Source: Candidatus Saccharimonadota bacterium
GTDB taxonomy: Bacteria > Patescibacteriota > Saccharimonadia > Saccharimonadales > VXPC01
Assembly: GCA_026707815.1 (NCBI GenBank)
Contig: JAPOWB010000008.1
Coordinates: 62,230-126,229 of the forward strand
DNA: 64,000 nucleotides
Reading direction: 5' to 3'
The position numbers were made by a program, and so were the translations under genes. Positions within the stretch are counted from its first letter, which is position 1. Each line of letters starts with the position of its first letter. The notes beneath the pieces were generated by a model. It ran no database searches. It was not told the DNA's origin and saw nothing but the letters and a program-made list of their open reading frames with translations. Of the stretch, positions 39,539-49,831 are shown in pieces.

Positions 39539-41071
39539 CTATATTAAAAAGAAATATTTTAAGGGAATACTAACAATGTTATCTGCCTCATGAAGTCGTA
39601 GTGGTGTCTTAGAAAAAACAAGCCCATAATCACACCTAATATTCTGCATTGTCTGCTTAACTTGATCAATATTTTTAACTCCCCAGCCGAATTCTAAAGC
39701 TACCTGATGATGATTATTGACTTGCAAAATAAAATCGCAATTGGGTTGGCGCTTCTTGATATAAGGATAAGTTAAAAAACCTTTCGATGTAATGACAAAT
39801 TCCTTGTAATAATGTAGAGTCGCCACATCTTCTAATAAATCTCCCTGCTTACTAGCAAGAGTCGCTGATTTACCAACTGGACTACGTAACACACTACGAC
39901 TAGAAGAACTCATAAACTGATAGCGAGCAGGAGCTTTAATATTATATAAACTACTGCCATAGGCTGGTATTTTAATTAGTAATTCTGCTTTAACTAAAGC
40001 ATCTAACATTGATGCAATCAATGGTCGACTCACGCCTAATGCATCGCTTAAAGTAGCCAGACTGGGGGTTTCTGTATTATCAGCTATGATTAACAACAAT
40101 CTTTTGATATTAATTATAGATTCATATCTAAAATTAAATCGAGTATCAGTCATCAAATCATTGACAATTATCTTTTCAAGAGTGTTGAGTAATTCTTTCT
40201 GAAACTCAAACTTATTATCATATTTTAAAGCAAAGGGCATAATATCTGATAAAATATACGGTTCTATATTATTTTCATCATATTGACTCCATGATCTAGC
40301 AATCTGAGGCTCCAATTTTTGTAAGGCTTGATAAACTTCTCTTGCTGATTGACAATAATAAAGGCTTTGAATGATTTGATTTTTCAAATCTTTAACTGGA
40401 TATAATTTATGAGCTATTGTCTGGTATTCAGTGAAACTTAAGGGATATAAACGTTCTATACATGCCCTACGACCAGCTGTATTAGCATCCATCTGCAAAT
40501 AAGTAGCTGATGAACCAGTGCAAATCATAAATAATTGGGGTGTCCGATCATAAACAGTCTTAAGAAATTGAGACCAATTTCTGTCTGTTTGGACTTCATC
40601 AATAAACATAAAAATCGGCTGTTTAGCTTTATATAATTCGCAACCCAATATTTGTTCATAGACTTCTATAACATCACTTAAATTAGCCTTAAAATTATTA
40701 ATAATATCTAAAGAGATATAGATAATATTAAATTGTTCAGAATCTTTCTTATGTTGCACAAATTGAGAATACAGTTTAGTATAAATTTGTCCAATTAAAG
40801 TTGTTTTGCCAACACCCCTTAAACCCGGAACGACTATCCAGCGGGGTTTCCTATTATCAGCAATAAAATCCTTAACATATTTATCTAGTCTTATTTCCAT
40901 ATTTCTAGATACATACTGGCTTTGATTGATTTCATTAACAAGATGATTATCGCCAATCTGACGCAATAAATAAGCCTCTAGAAGATCTTTTTTATAATTC
41001 ATAATTATTTCTAGTAAAGGTAATTTTACTAAGAATATTATTTTAAAGCAAATTAATTTTACTAATAACAC
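39539..41071 (-). CDS. AAA_14/DUF4143-family ATPase paralog
   Basis: It has IVVPGLRGVGKTTLIGQIY and FMFIDEVQTDRNWSQFLK...CTGSSATYLQMDANTAGRRACIERLYPLSFTEY. Confidence 0.7.
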   Translation of the reverse strand: MLLVKLICFKIIFLVKLPLLEIIMNYKKDLLEAYLLRQIGDNHLVNEINQSQYVSRNMEIRLDKYVKDFIADNRKPRWIVVPGLRGVGKTTLIGQIYTKLYSQFVQHKKDSEQFNIIYISLDIINNFKANLSDVIEVYEQILGCELYKAKQPIFMFIDEVQTDRNWSQFLKTVYDRTPQLFMICTGSSATYLQMDANTAGRRACIERLYPLSFTEYQTIAHKLYPVKDLKNQIIQSLYYCQSAREVYQALQKLEPQIARSWSQYDENNIEPYILSDIMPFALKYDNKFEFQKELLNTLEKIIVNDLMTDTRFNFRYESIINIKRLLLIIADNTETPSLATLSDALGVSRPLIASMLDALVKAELLIKIPAYGSSLYNIKAPARYQFMSSSSRSVLRSPVGKSATLASKQGDLLEDVATLHYYKEFVITSKGFLTYPYIKKRQPNCDFILQVNNHHQVALEFGWGVKNIDQVKQTMQNIRCDYGLVFSKTPLRLHEADNIVSIPLKYFFLI

Positions 41072-41180
41072 TCATTTCTCAAAAAACTAATTTAGTTATA
41101 CCTTATATATCAGATTAGTTGTCATCAAACATTAAAAAATATAAGAAGCATCTTTCAATTGAAGCTCTAATAATTTTTCC

Positions 41181-43445
41181 CTAACCTTCAATAAGATCTT
41201 GATAGACTAAACGAAAGCCCAGATTAGCATGTTGTTCTTGATGATTAATTTTTAAATCTAAAGCTGGTTGTAACAACAAGAAGATATAACCCCTCACTGT
41301 AATTGCGGGAAAGCTATCTGGTGCCCAAAAACGCCACAAATTTTCTTCAGCATACCTGTTAGGATCTAAAATAGTATTTGGCAAACCAGTTTTGGGATTA
41401 ATATCTTGCAATTTCATTAGTCCGGGATGAGCATAAGGGATTTGATGATGCTTTAGTCGACCCTTAAAATTAGTATGCTTATCATTGATTTCAAGGCAAG
41501 GTTGATCTATGTATTGACTATTATTAACAATAACTGTATCTAGAAATTCTGTATAATCACTAGATGTTAACGATTGAACCATATCATCGTCATTAATAGC
41601 CATAGCATCTTTTAAGACTTGATAGTACTCAGTTAGAGTGAGCAGTCTGCAAGACTGAGATGCTAAAAGCTTCTTTACCGTTATGTAGTTAACATTAGTA
41701 ATCCAATTAATGTCTCCTCTTTCAAAATTCAAATCTTGATAAGTGGCTAAGGTGCGAGAAACATATAATTGGCAACTGTTTGAATAAAAGAATCTATCTA
41801 AATCAGAAATTATCCGAGCTATGCCTGGCCCCAATAGCAGTCTGGGGAGTTGAAAGCTGATGTTTGTATATTTAACCTCCGTATTAGTGATTTCAATCTT
41901 GGGTTGCATTTGTCTTTTACGATAATAATCAAGTATATAAGCATGAATATATTGAATTAATGATTGCCTCAGTTTAGGTAATCTATTTTTGCCTAGATAG
42001 ATTAGAAAACTGCCTTGTTTAAAATTGATACCATCGTATTGAGCTAAACTAATAATAATAGCCGCTAAATTTTGTTGATTCAAAACTGAATCCACTAATT
42101 GACTTATCTGATTATCAATATTCTGTTTGTTCGTTTGATAATATTGATTATCCAATTTAATAACTGATATCCCAAAATTGCCTAAATCCTGCTTATAATC
42201 CCTCCAAAATAGAGATTGCATTGATTCAACTGATAAAAATTTATCCATCAATGGCTGATATATCTGAGACAGATTGTCATCTGACCAACCAGCTATACTT
42301 AAAAGTTGTTGCCAAAGACATCTATCTTTAGCTGTCATATTTTTACGCAAAGAAGATAAATCTGCCTCTAAAAGAGTGGCTTTGATGATTAATCTGGCCA
42401 TATCTGCATCAATCTGAAATCCACCGGCCAAATATTTATAAACTATTTGCAAAATGCTATTCCAAGCTAATTCATTACTGCAGAATATATCTTGTCTTTG
42501 AGCATAATAATCAGGCAAAATGTGATGGTCAATGATGCCATCAATGAATTTTGGGTATTCATGATAATAAGTATCTATTAACACCCATCTCCCCAGCCCG
42601 CTATCAGTGGTTGCTTTATATAAAGCTGAATCAGTATAAATGAGTTTGTCGTCTATATTTTTGGGCAATAATTCAATTACTTCAAGAGGGAGATTGTCAC
42701 CACATATCACTGGTACAACTGTTCTAGCTTCATAAAATTGAAGTCTATAAGCTTCTAAGATGGCTCCGATGATAGCATCGGCATCTGGATGCTCATGCCC
42801 CATAACTAGAACTATGTCCGAGTTATTTTCCAAGGCTTGTTGCAACTTTAATTTAATTGTCTCTAAATAATATAAAAGATTTTGTGGAGATAAAGTCAAA
42901 TCTGATTGGTTTTTAGAAAGGAATAAATTACTGAATAGGTTATCTCGTGGAATTTCAGAATGATAAACGTAAATTGAACCGACTAGGTCTAGATAAAGTT
43001 CCCTATAATACTTTTGATCAGCTGATGCCATTTGTTGGACCTCCGCCAGCTGTCGAATTAAAATATTTCTGATGGTCGCCCAATTGATAGAAGGTTTGTT
43101 GGTTTGTGGTAGCTTAGATTTAAATTGGTCGGTGATTTGGCTTAAGTATTTATGATTATCTAAAAATTGAGAGCTCGGTTCAGTAGCCTCAATATTGTCT
43201 CTCACTTCACGAATGCATAGTGACGGTTGATGGGCATCGAGCGGAATATCCATATCTAGCGACAAGGTATCTGAAGAAAGGACATAGCCCCTAATAGCCC
43301 CTACCCACTGCTCCGTCCGATGAGGTGACCAGTATTTCCAGGCAACTCCTTGGGTTTGCAGATTAACAAAATTCTTGACTATTTTCTTCGGATAAATTGA
43401 ATCTTGAAAATTTGATTCCATAAACCAAGCTGGTCTACCAGTCAA
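41181..43445 (-). CDS. Large protein with a central DHH-family phosphoesterase domain
   Basis: It has VLVMGHEHPDADAIIGAILEAY (DHH motif I, NrnA-like) and IDGIIDHHILPD (DHH motif III). The flanking 200-aa N-terminal and 350-aa C-terminal regions have no recognised motifs. Confidence 0.5.
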   Translation of the reverse strand: MTGRPAWFMESNFQDSIYPKKIVKNFVNLQTQGVAWKYWSPHRTEQWVGAIRGYVLSSDTLSLDMDIPLDAHQPSLCIREVRDNIEATEPSSQFLDNHKYLSQITDQFKSKLPQTNKPSINWATIRNILIRQLAEVQQMASADQKYYRELYLDLVGSIYVYHSEIPRDNLFSNLFLSKNQSDLTLSPQNLLYYLETIKLKLQQALENNSDIVLVMGHEHPDADAIIGAILEAYRLQFYEARTVVPVICGDNLPLEVIELLPKNIDDKLIYTDSALYKATTDSGLGRWVLIDTYYHEYPKFIDGIIDHHILPDYYAQRQDIFCSNELAWNSILQIVYKYLAGGFQIDADMARLIIKATLLEADLSSLRKNMTAKDRCLWQQLLSIAGWSDDNLSQIYQPLMDKFLSVESMQSLFWRDYKQDLGNFGISVIKLDNQYYQTNKQNIDNQISQLVDSVLNQQNLAAIIISLAQYDGINFKQGSFLIYLGKNRLPKLRQSLIQYIHAYILDYYRKRQMQPKIEITNTEVKYTNISFQLPRLLLGPGIARIISDLDRFFYSNSCQLYVSRTLATYQDLNFERGDINWITNVNYITVKKLLASQSCRLLTLTEYYQVLKDAMAINDDDMVQSLTSSDYTEFLDTVIVNNSQYIDQPCLEINDKHTNFKGRLKHHQIPYAHPGLMKLQDINPKTGLPNTILDPNRYAEENLWRFWAPDSFPAITVRGYIFLLLQPALDLKINHQEQHANLGFRLVYQDLIEG

Positions 43446-43553
43446 AATATTTGTGGCTAAACTAGATTGATTTACAATCTTATTATCTGCAATAGTGGGA
43501 TGATTGATTAATCTAATCTCATTCTGCTGATCTCGATAATAAACAGTATCTAA

Positions 43554-43913
43554 CTATTCAGCATATTCTTTACTGGTTATTTTTTTATAGATATCAGGTT
43601 GAGTCAAGTTCTCTCTTAATAAAATTATATAGTCTTCAGTCGATAAAAAAGAACTTCCTAATTGTTCAAGCAATTTCTTAGCTTGCAAGAAAGTCAGATG
43701 GTTAATTACTCCAGCTTGATTCCAATTTAATTGAACACCAACTTGCTTGGCAGCCCTAATCACTCGGCTGCTGACAGTTAAAGGTTGTAAGGCAACATAT
43801 TTCTTAAGTTGATGAGAATAGATATAACTCATACTATTTGAGCTTGCAATATATAATAATCTAGCCCTCTTCCATATTGGATTGAACTGAGTGTCTGAAA
43901 TGTGATGTAACAT
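43554..43913 (-). CDS. Hypothetical protein (119 aa) overlapping the 3' end of the upstream YD-like gene
   Basis: It overlaps the gene at 43861-46095 by 53 nt in another frame. Confidence 0.3.
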   Translation of the reverse strand: MLHHISDTQFNPIWKRARLLYIASSNSMSYIYSHQLKKYVALQPLTVSSRVIRAAKQVGVQLNWNQAGVINHLTFLQAKKLLEQLGSSFLSTEDYIILLRENLTQPDIYKKITSKEYAE

Positions 43914-46095
43914 AGGTAAGACTATGTCTCGGCAATTCTAAGCCGAAGATTTTTCGGAATAATTGTCGTTGTTGTTGACTGGCAGATTGACCTTCTATGA
44001 ATCTCATATGATCTCTCACTAGAATCTTTTCATCAACAATCCATAGTTTATTTTCGTCTTGCTTCATTTGATATTGCTTAAAATTATTGCCGATATAACT
44101 CCTCAGTTTTCGATAAGCATCTACATGGTCTAATTTACCCAACTCATTAAATTGATAACTTATTTTGAGTTTTTCTACGTTATTTTCGTAATGATAATAA
44201 TTTTCATATCGTTTAATTCCCTTTTTATCATAAATGTGACGGACTAAGCTCTTATTGTAGATGTCATAACCCTCTATTATTCTGAGTCTACCCTGCTTGT
44301 CGAATTTGTCTATACGATGAATTTGATTGCTATCAAAGTATACTCGTTGAAGTAATTTATCATTGCTGTCATGTAGTTCTCGTTTCATTAATTGATCGTT
44401 CCTATCAAAAATATCTTTAACCAAACGACCCAACTCATCTCTGGAATATTCCTCTGAATGGAGGAGTTGATTGTGCTTGTTATAGAATTGCTTCCTTGAT
44501 GGATAATTCTTCCTTTCTATAAATTTAGATATTAACCGATTGCTATTATCGTCATACTGACAAGTTGCTGTATAGTATGTTTCTCCACTATCATCCATTT
44601 TGGTCTCGACAGTAAAATTAGAGCCATAGATTACACTTTCCCGCAATTTTTCATTTTTATCATGTAGTTGCTGAGCTATCTTTTCGGAGCCCCTGAAGAC
44701 AGTTGTAATAAGCCAACCTTTGTCATTTCTGGCATACTTTATGGCGGACTCGACGACGCCATTGATATAAAAGAAACATTCTCGTTGATGAGTATTCAAA
44801 TGATTTTCCTCTCTCATAAAAATGTAACCTTGGTCATCTCTATGATAGATCGTCTTATGCTGAAGAGCTTCTTTAAAATATCTCAAGGTTTCTATTTCGT
44901 ACTCTTCACTATCATCATAAAGATGACGAATTTCTGTTTGTCCTTGAATAACAATCAGTGGCTTATAGTGTCCTCGCTTGTTTTTCTGATACAGAACATC
45001 ACTAGTAATTACTTCGTTGCTACCATAAGGTCCGTGCTGAAAAATAAGCTTTCTGAATTGACCATTGGGCAGAGGCAGATGTTTCTCTAGTAGACTCCCC
45101 CGATTATACTCTCGGTTAGCATCTCTTTGATACACTTCAGAGCTCACATAAACCCATTGAGAATTACTTTTATCATAATCATAGTGATCAACATTAAGGG
45201 TATTTTCCTTATACTCGTAAATTTCTCGGTCTGTGGCCAGATGTTTATTCTCTATTGTTTGCGGAGAATAAAATGTCCGACTCTTTAAATTGCCATTTTC
45301 AGCAAAACGATGTAGTTCATGCAATTCGCCATTTACGAACAGGAATCGCGCTTTTTTTCTGCCTAAATTCAATGAGGTGCATTGATCTTTTTCAAATATA
45401 TCTCTATATTCCCAAACAGGTTCTTCAGTCTCATTATCTGCATAACTGTAATGATCGATGGCTATAACATTGTCTTCATATCTATAAACATCTTCAGAAT
45501 CCAGTTTTACTTGTACTTTGTCATGCATAATATTTTTAGAATAGAATTTTTGATTGCACAACCTACCAGATTCTGGATCTAAATATCGCTGCCACCGCAG
45601 ATGATTCGATGCATCTCTTAGCGTATCTATATTCCAAATCTTGCCGTTAATATTATTGCCATATTCTATGATTCTATTTTGACCATGGAAGACGGTCGAC
45701 GGCTTCTTTGGTTTGGGGCTGTGAGGATGCCATTTAGTTGTATAGGATTCTTTGCCGCTAAACCTTTCAGTCTTAGGAACAAGTTTATTGCGGTGTCTTT
45801 GCAAATATAACTCAGATCGTATTTGTTCTTTCTTGGCATCAAAAAATGTTCGTAAATATACTCCTTGCTGGGAGTTTTGTATGTTTTGTATTACAATCTC
45901 TTCATCTTCAGCTAAAACAGTTTCTCCAGCTTGATATTTGACCAGTAAATCTATCAGTCTAGAATCACGTATTCTAGCGATTGATAATGGCTGATAGTCA
46001 ATATCAACAATGGCTTCAGTATCAGAAGCAGTCTCAACGCCTTTAGCATCGTTACTATGAGGAGGGGTTCGATCTGCTTCCTTTAAGGCAGTCAT
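43861..46095 (-). CDS. YD/RHS-repeat-like protein (tentative)
   Basis: The C-terminal half has repeated about 20-aa units of the type Y.D..GRL (YSRDELGRLVKDIFD, KFDKQGRLRIIEGYD, YQFNELGKLDHVDAY) followed by a unique C-terminal ~100 aa. Confidence 0.35.
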   Translation of the reverse strand: MTALKEADRTPPHSNDAKGVETASDTEAIVDIDYQPLSIARIRDSRLIDLLVKYQAGETVLAEDEEIVIQNIQNSQQGVYLRTFFDAKKEQIRSELYLQRHRNKLVPKTERFSGKESYTTKWHPHSPKPKKPSTVFHGQNRIIEYGNNINGKIWNIDTLRDASNHLRWQRYLDPESGRLCNQKFYSKNIMHDKVQVKLDSEDVYRYEDNVIAIDHYSYADNETEEPVWEYRDIFEKDQCTSLNLGRKKARFLFVNGELHELHRFAENGNLKSRTFYSPQTIENKHLATDREIYEYKENTLNVDHYDYDKSNSQWVYVSSEVYQRDANREYNRGSLLEKHLPLPNGQFRKLIFQHGPYGSNEVITSDVLYQKNKRGHYKPLIVIQGQTEIRHLYDDSEEYEIETLRYFKEALQHKTIYHRDDQGYIFMREENHLNTHQRECFFYINGVVESAIKYARNDKGWLITTVFRGSEKIAQQLHDKNEKLRESVIYGSNFTVETKMDDSGETYYTATCQYDDNSNRLISKFIERKNYPSRKQFYNKHNQLLHSEEYSRDELGRLVKDIFDRNDQLMKRELHDSNDKLLQRVYFDSNQIHRIDKFDKQGRLRIIEGYDIYNKSLVRHIYDKKGIKRYENYYHYENNVEKLKISYQFNELGKLDHVDAYRKLRSYIGNNFKQYQMKQDENKLWIVDEKILVRDHMRFIEGQSASQQQRQLFRKIFGLELPRHSLTYVTSHFRHSVQSNMEEG

Positions 46096-46318
46096 ATTTT
46101 TATATTTGTTATGTTCCTTTAATCATAACACAGCATCCCTCCGAATAACCGTTAGCTCCTTTGTGAATATCAAAAAACAAAGTTCTGTCTATTCAAAGTG
46201 GTAAAAAACCTGATAACACTGTCAACCGATATAAATACCTTAAAACTCACTATATCGCTGACAAATGCACTAGCAAATTTAAGAATCTTAGATTTATCCG
46301 ATAACTTTTTCTGTTCGT

Positions 46319-47476
46319 TTAATATTGAGATGAATAATCTATGCCATCTATATAGATAGTGACAGGTTCTTTTTGACGAATAGCTTGTAAAACTTCGGTC
46401 AGAGGAGCATAGAAAATACGAATATGAGCTACTCGTCTTAAGCCCTCACCCTCGTTAGATAGAATCTTCAAAATCTCTAAACGTTCTCCAGTATCAATAA
46501 TATCTGAAATTTGTCCAATTGGAGTCTGAAAAGCAACCTCTAAAACTATAGGATCTTCATGGCGATCTTCTAGATCAAAGAAAAAATCATGAATGCCTGC
46601 ATTTAAGGCGGTTTGGGGATTTTCAGAAAATTCTTCGGCCAACTCTGAAAAACTAGCTCCATTTTTTAATCGGACTTCTATATCTTTCATTCTCTGAAGA
46701 GCATTATTCTTTAGTATAACGTCCATAACTCTGACAACCTTTTTTTGTAATAAATTCTCGGCGACAACTTGACGATAATCTGCAGTAGACCAATCCCAAA
46801 AATCATCTAAAATACCCTCAATCTCTTCAGGATCAGAAGCCAATTTGTTCTGCCTCCTGAGACGTTCTAATTCTTCATCTATCTCTTGTTCTGTTACTGT
46901 TAATTGATACTGGTCAGCTAATTTTTGAATATATGTCGCAGTAATAACTCTTTGCAAAGCCTGTTGCTTAAGTTCCTGCAGCGAGATTGTTGCTTGGGTG
47001 GTTGAATCATTAAAATCAACCTGTTGTTGTATTTCAAAATAGTGAATTTGGCGATGCAACTGCTTCAGATAATCTTCATAGGCAATCCAAGTGGATCCTA
47101 CTCGAGCTACGGGCAAAGGAACAAAGCGAGTGATATTGTACATAAAAACCGAATAATCTTGAGCATGATAAAGTCGCCAGTAAATAATACCTGACAAAAT
47201 CAAAAAGGTGATTGAGATAACGCCCAAAGACCATAAAACTGTTTTTTGATTGGTATGAACCAGTAAATGAGCTTTCAATTTCTGAGCTCTTCTCAGAGTT
47301 CTTTGGCGGTATTTCTCAACTGCTCGAGTCTTTAAAATTTCTTGAGCTTCTAAATCTTTTTCTAATTTAGAATCAGAAATGGGATCATCAACCTGACCGC
47401 CTGCAGATCTCTGCTCTAAAGCCTGCTTGCGTCGTTTAATAAATCTTGTTAGCCAAATAAATCGAACTTTTCTCAA
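46319..47476 (-). CDS. PrsA/SurA-like parvulin-type peptidyl-prolyl isomerase (tentative)
   Basis: It has an N-terminal TM helix and a C-terminal ...ASFSELAEEFSENPQTALNAG... PpiC-like segment. Confidence 0.35.
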   Translation of the reverse strand: MRKVRFIWLTRFIKRRKQALEQRSAGGQVDDPISDSKLEKDLEAQEILKTRAVEKYRQRTLRRAQKLKAHLLVHTNQKTVLWSLGVISITFLILSGIIYWRLYHAQDYSVFMYNITRFVPLPVARVGSTWIAYEDYLKQLHRQIHYFEIQQQVDFNDSTTQATISLQELKQQALQRVITATYIQKLADQYQLTVTEQEIDEELERLRRQNKLASDPEEIEGILDDFWDWSTADYRQVVAENLLQKKVVRVMDVILKNNALQRMKDIEVRLKNGASFSELAEEFSENPQTALNAGIHDFFFDLEDRHEDPIVLEVAFQTPIGQISDIIDTGERLEILKILSNEGEGLRRVAHIRIFYAPLTEVLQAIRQKEPVTIYIDGIDYSSQY

Positions 47477-47552
47477 AATTATATTTTCCCATTATATCAG
47501 TTAGATATTGGGAAAATCTAGCCTCGTTAATATTTTTTCAAACCTATCCTAA

Positions 47553-49406
47553 CTAGAATAAGTATTGGCGAATATCTGAAACATTAGTTCGACCTTGCTT
47601 TATGAACGCCTTAATAGTTTCTATCTGCTTCAAAGCTGAAGATTCATACCAAATAGCTTGATGGCTAACTAGGCGGGGTTTAAGGAGTTTTTGATCAGTC
47701 CAACGCCTAATGCTTGAAGCTGGTATTTGAGTTTTTTGGGCTAATTTAGAAAGAGTGAGAAGTCGTTTTTGCAAAAACATCTCAACTAGCTCTGGCTGAT
47801 TAATAATAGATTTAATAAGCTGATTATTCCTTAATCCCCCAAGCTGCAACTTTTTAATATTTTCAACCTTTGCCGAAATTGTTGCATCAAACCAAAAACC
47901 GCCATTAGTTATATGGATGGAATTCTCAACTAAGCCTTCATTAGTCCATTTCCTGATGGTTTGTTCCGCCAAATTATGTTTGACTGCTAATTGACGGAGA
48001 TCTATCAGTTTCCCAGTTATGATTAATTCTGATAAATCAGGATTATCTAAAATGCATTTAATGGATTTTAAATTAAGTTGGCAGGCTTGGAGCTGATTAA
48101 TCATGTCTAACCTTTTCAAATTCTCATCAGTATTCAAATAAATCGTTCGAGTTGGTAGCCCCATATCAGTCAAAAGCCCCATTTGATGATAGAATCTAAT
48201 TGTCCCTTCGGGAATTTGAGTTAACTGGCTGAATTGTGCTAAATTAGTTCGACCCTGATAATCATCAATATGATCTAAGATTTCATCAAAATTCGGTTTC
48301 TTGAAAATTTCCTTAATTTCATCAAAGGTAAATCCTTTGCTAAGGAAGACATGAATATTTTTGACTAGACTAATATCTGCTTGGATGAAAAAATCCCGAC
48401 CATTGAATGCAAAAGTTGGTTGAATCAAATCTTGCTGAATAAATTTTTGTATATACCCCTCTGGTATTTGGCTTTGTTTTCTAAGTTCGTAAGCTGAAAT
48501 CAGAGCTGGTCTTTGCAACCATGTTTCGGCTGTTTCTTGCAAAAGATTAGCTTGAATAATTGATTTCAAAGCTTCATTGGGTAAGCCTTTATCTTTCAAA
48601 AGCTTAATGTGTTTAAGATAGTCAATTGTCGATGGCTGGTAGCATTCAATGTTCTTCAGTTTGAGAACTTCTACTAGATTTTCTTGAAGTAAGTAATTAA
48701 AAGTAGCGGGTTTGATCTTAGTTAATCTAGTTAATTGCTCCCGATTATAAAGTTGAGGTTGGGATTTGAAAAATGCCACAGATTGCTCATCCTCTAAAAC
48801 AGCTTTGACTTCTTGATGTTTGGGAGAAAGATTGAGTAAATTCTTAATCAACTCAATCTGGGTTATAACTTCTGAATCATATCTTGGATGTTGAGCTTCT
48901 GATTGCCGACTTATAGCAATCAGTCCGGACTTAGTCAACCGTTCCAACTGAGATCTACTGCAACCAGTTAGTTCAAGTAATTGATTAATGGTATAAACAT
49001 TTTGATTCTTCAAATTATCAACAACCTGACTGATAGTCCCTTCCTTGATTAGGATTTTAATTTGTTCATATGAATAGCCAACTTGAGTCAAAGCCTTAAT
49101 TTGATTAACTTGCTCTATGTCAGTCTCTTTGTATAAACCTGTGACTTGATTGGGGTCATCTTTGATTGTTTCGATTAATTTGGCTTTTGCATAGATTATT
49201 AAGGTATTATTTCCAATATCACTCCTCTCCAATAATTCTTTTCGAGAAATCAGCTTCTGTGTAAGGGATAAAATTGTCGATTCTTGAGATATTGAATTAA
49301 ACTCAGGATTGATAGACATTGAAGAAGACTGGTTGCTTAAACAACCATTCTCTAATCTGTGAGTTGATTTCTTTTCGAACATTGAATCATAAACTCCAAA
49401 AGGCAC
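47553..49406 (-). CDS. Protein made of multiple tandem MerR-like HTH modules
   Basis: It is 617 aa with at least six recurring approximately 60-aa units, each containing an HTH-like segment (e.g. YTINQLLELTGCSRSQLERLTKSGLI, LAQKTQIPASSIRRWTDQKLL). Confidence 0.35.
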   Translation of the reverse strand: MPFGVYDSMFEKKSTHRLENGCLSNQSSSMSINPEFNSISQESTILSLTQKLISRKELLERSDIGNNTLIIYAKAKLIETIKDDPNQVTGLYKETDIEQVNQIKALTQVGYSYEQIKILIKEGTISQVVDNLKNQNVYTINQLLELTGCSRSQLERLTKSGLIAISRQSEAQHPRYDSEVITQIELIKNLLNLSPKHQEVKAVLEDEQSVAFFKSQPQLYNREQLTRLTKIKPATFNYLLQENLVEVLKLKNIECYQPSTIDYLKHIKLLKDKGLPNEALKSIIQANLLQETAETWLQRPALISAYELRKQSQIPEGYIQKFIQQDLIQPTFAFNGRDFFIQADISLVKNIHVFLSKGFTFDEIKEIFKKPNFDEILDHIDDYQGRTNLAQFSQLTQIPEGTIRFYHQMGLLTDMGLPTRTIYLNTDENLKRLDMINQLQACQLNLKSIKCILDNPDLSELIITGKLIDLRQLAVKHNLAEQTIRKWTNEGLVENSIHITNGGFWFDATISAKVENIKKLQLGGLRNNQLIKSIINQPELVEMFLQKRLLTLSKLAQKTQIPASSIRRWTDQKLLKPRLVSHQAIWYESSALKQIETIKAFIKQGRTNVSDIRQYLF

Positions 49407-49831
49407 AAGAGAAATAATTCTTATAAATCATATAATAATTTGTTAATTTTGCAAAAAGCAAACTTAATCAAATCATTTCGATAGAGTAATAAACCTTATA
49501 CACAATCACTTAAAATATTAAGAAATTGGAATTGTATAACCATCCAAATTATTAAAGATGGGATAAATGCTGTGGGAATTTAAGTCGACAATTAAGTGCA
49601 AAATTGACTCCAAAACACTAATAGTTTTCTCGTGTGATCAAATTTGAGTCGCTTGATGTGTGTTTGTAGGTAGTTTTCATACATGAAACAATGTCAGTAG
49701 TTATCTTGATTTTTAACTCAATATTAGCTAGTATGTGGGCAATGTATGATGTGCTTTAGTATGTCACTACAGGAGGGACGACTCGATTGAGCGTCGCAGA
49801 AGGACTCTTTATAGAAGAGTCTCTTTTGTTT

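Noticed and set aside
49770-49830. Hairpin GACTCTT-TATAG-AAGAGTC followed by a T-run on the plus strand, suggesting an sRNA or terminator
   Set aside because: There is no plus-strand gene upstream, and no recognisable SRP, tmRNA or 6S signatures were found. It is left unassigned.
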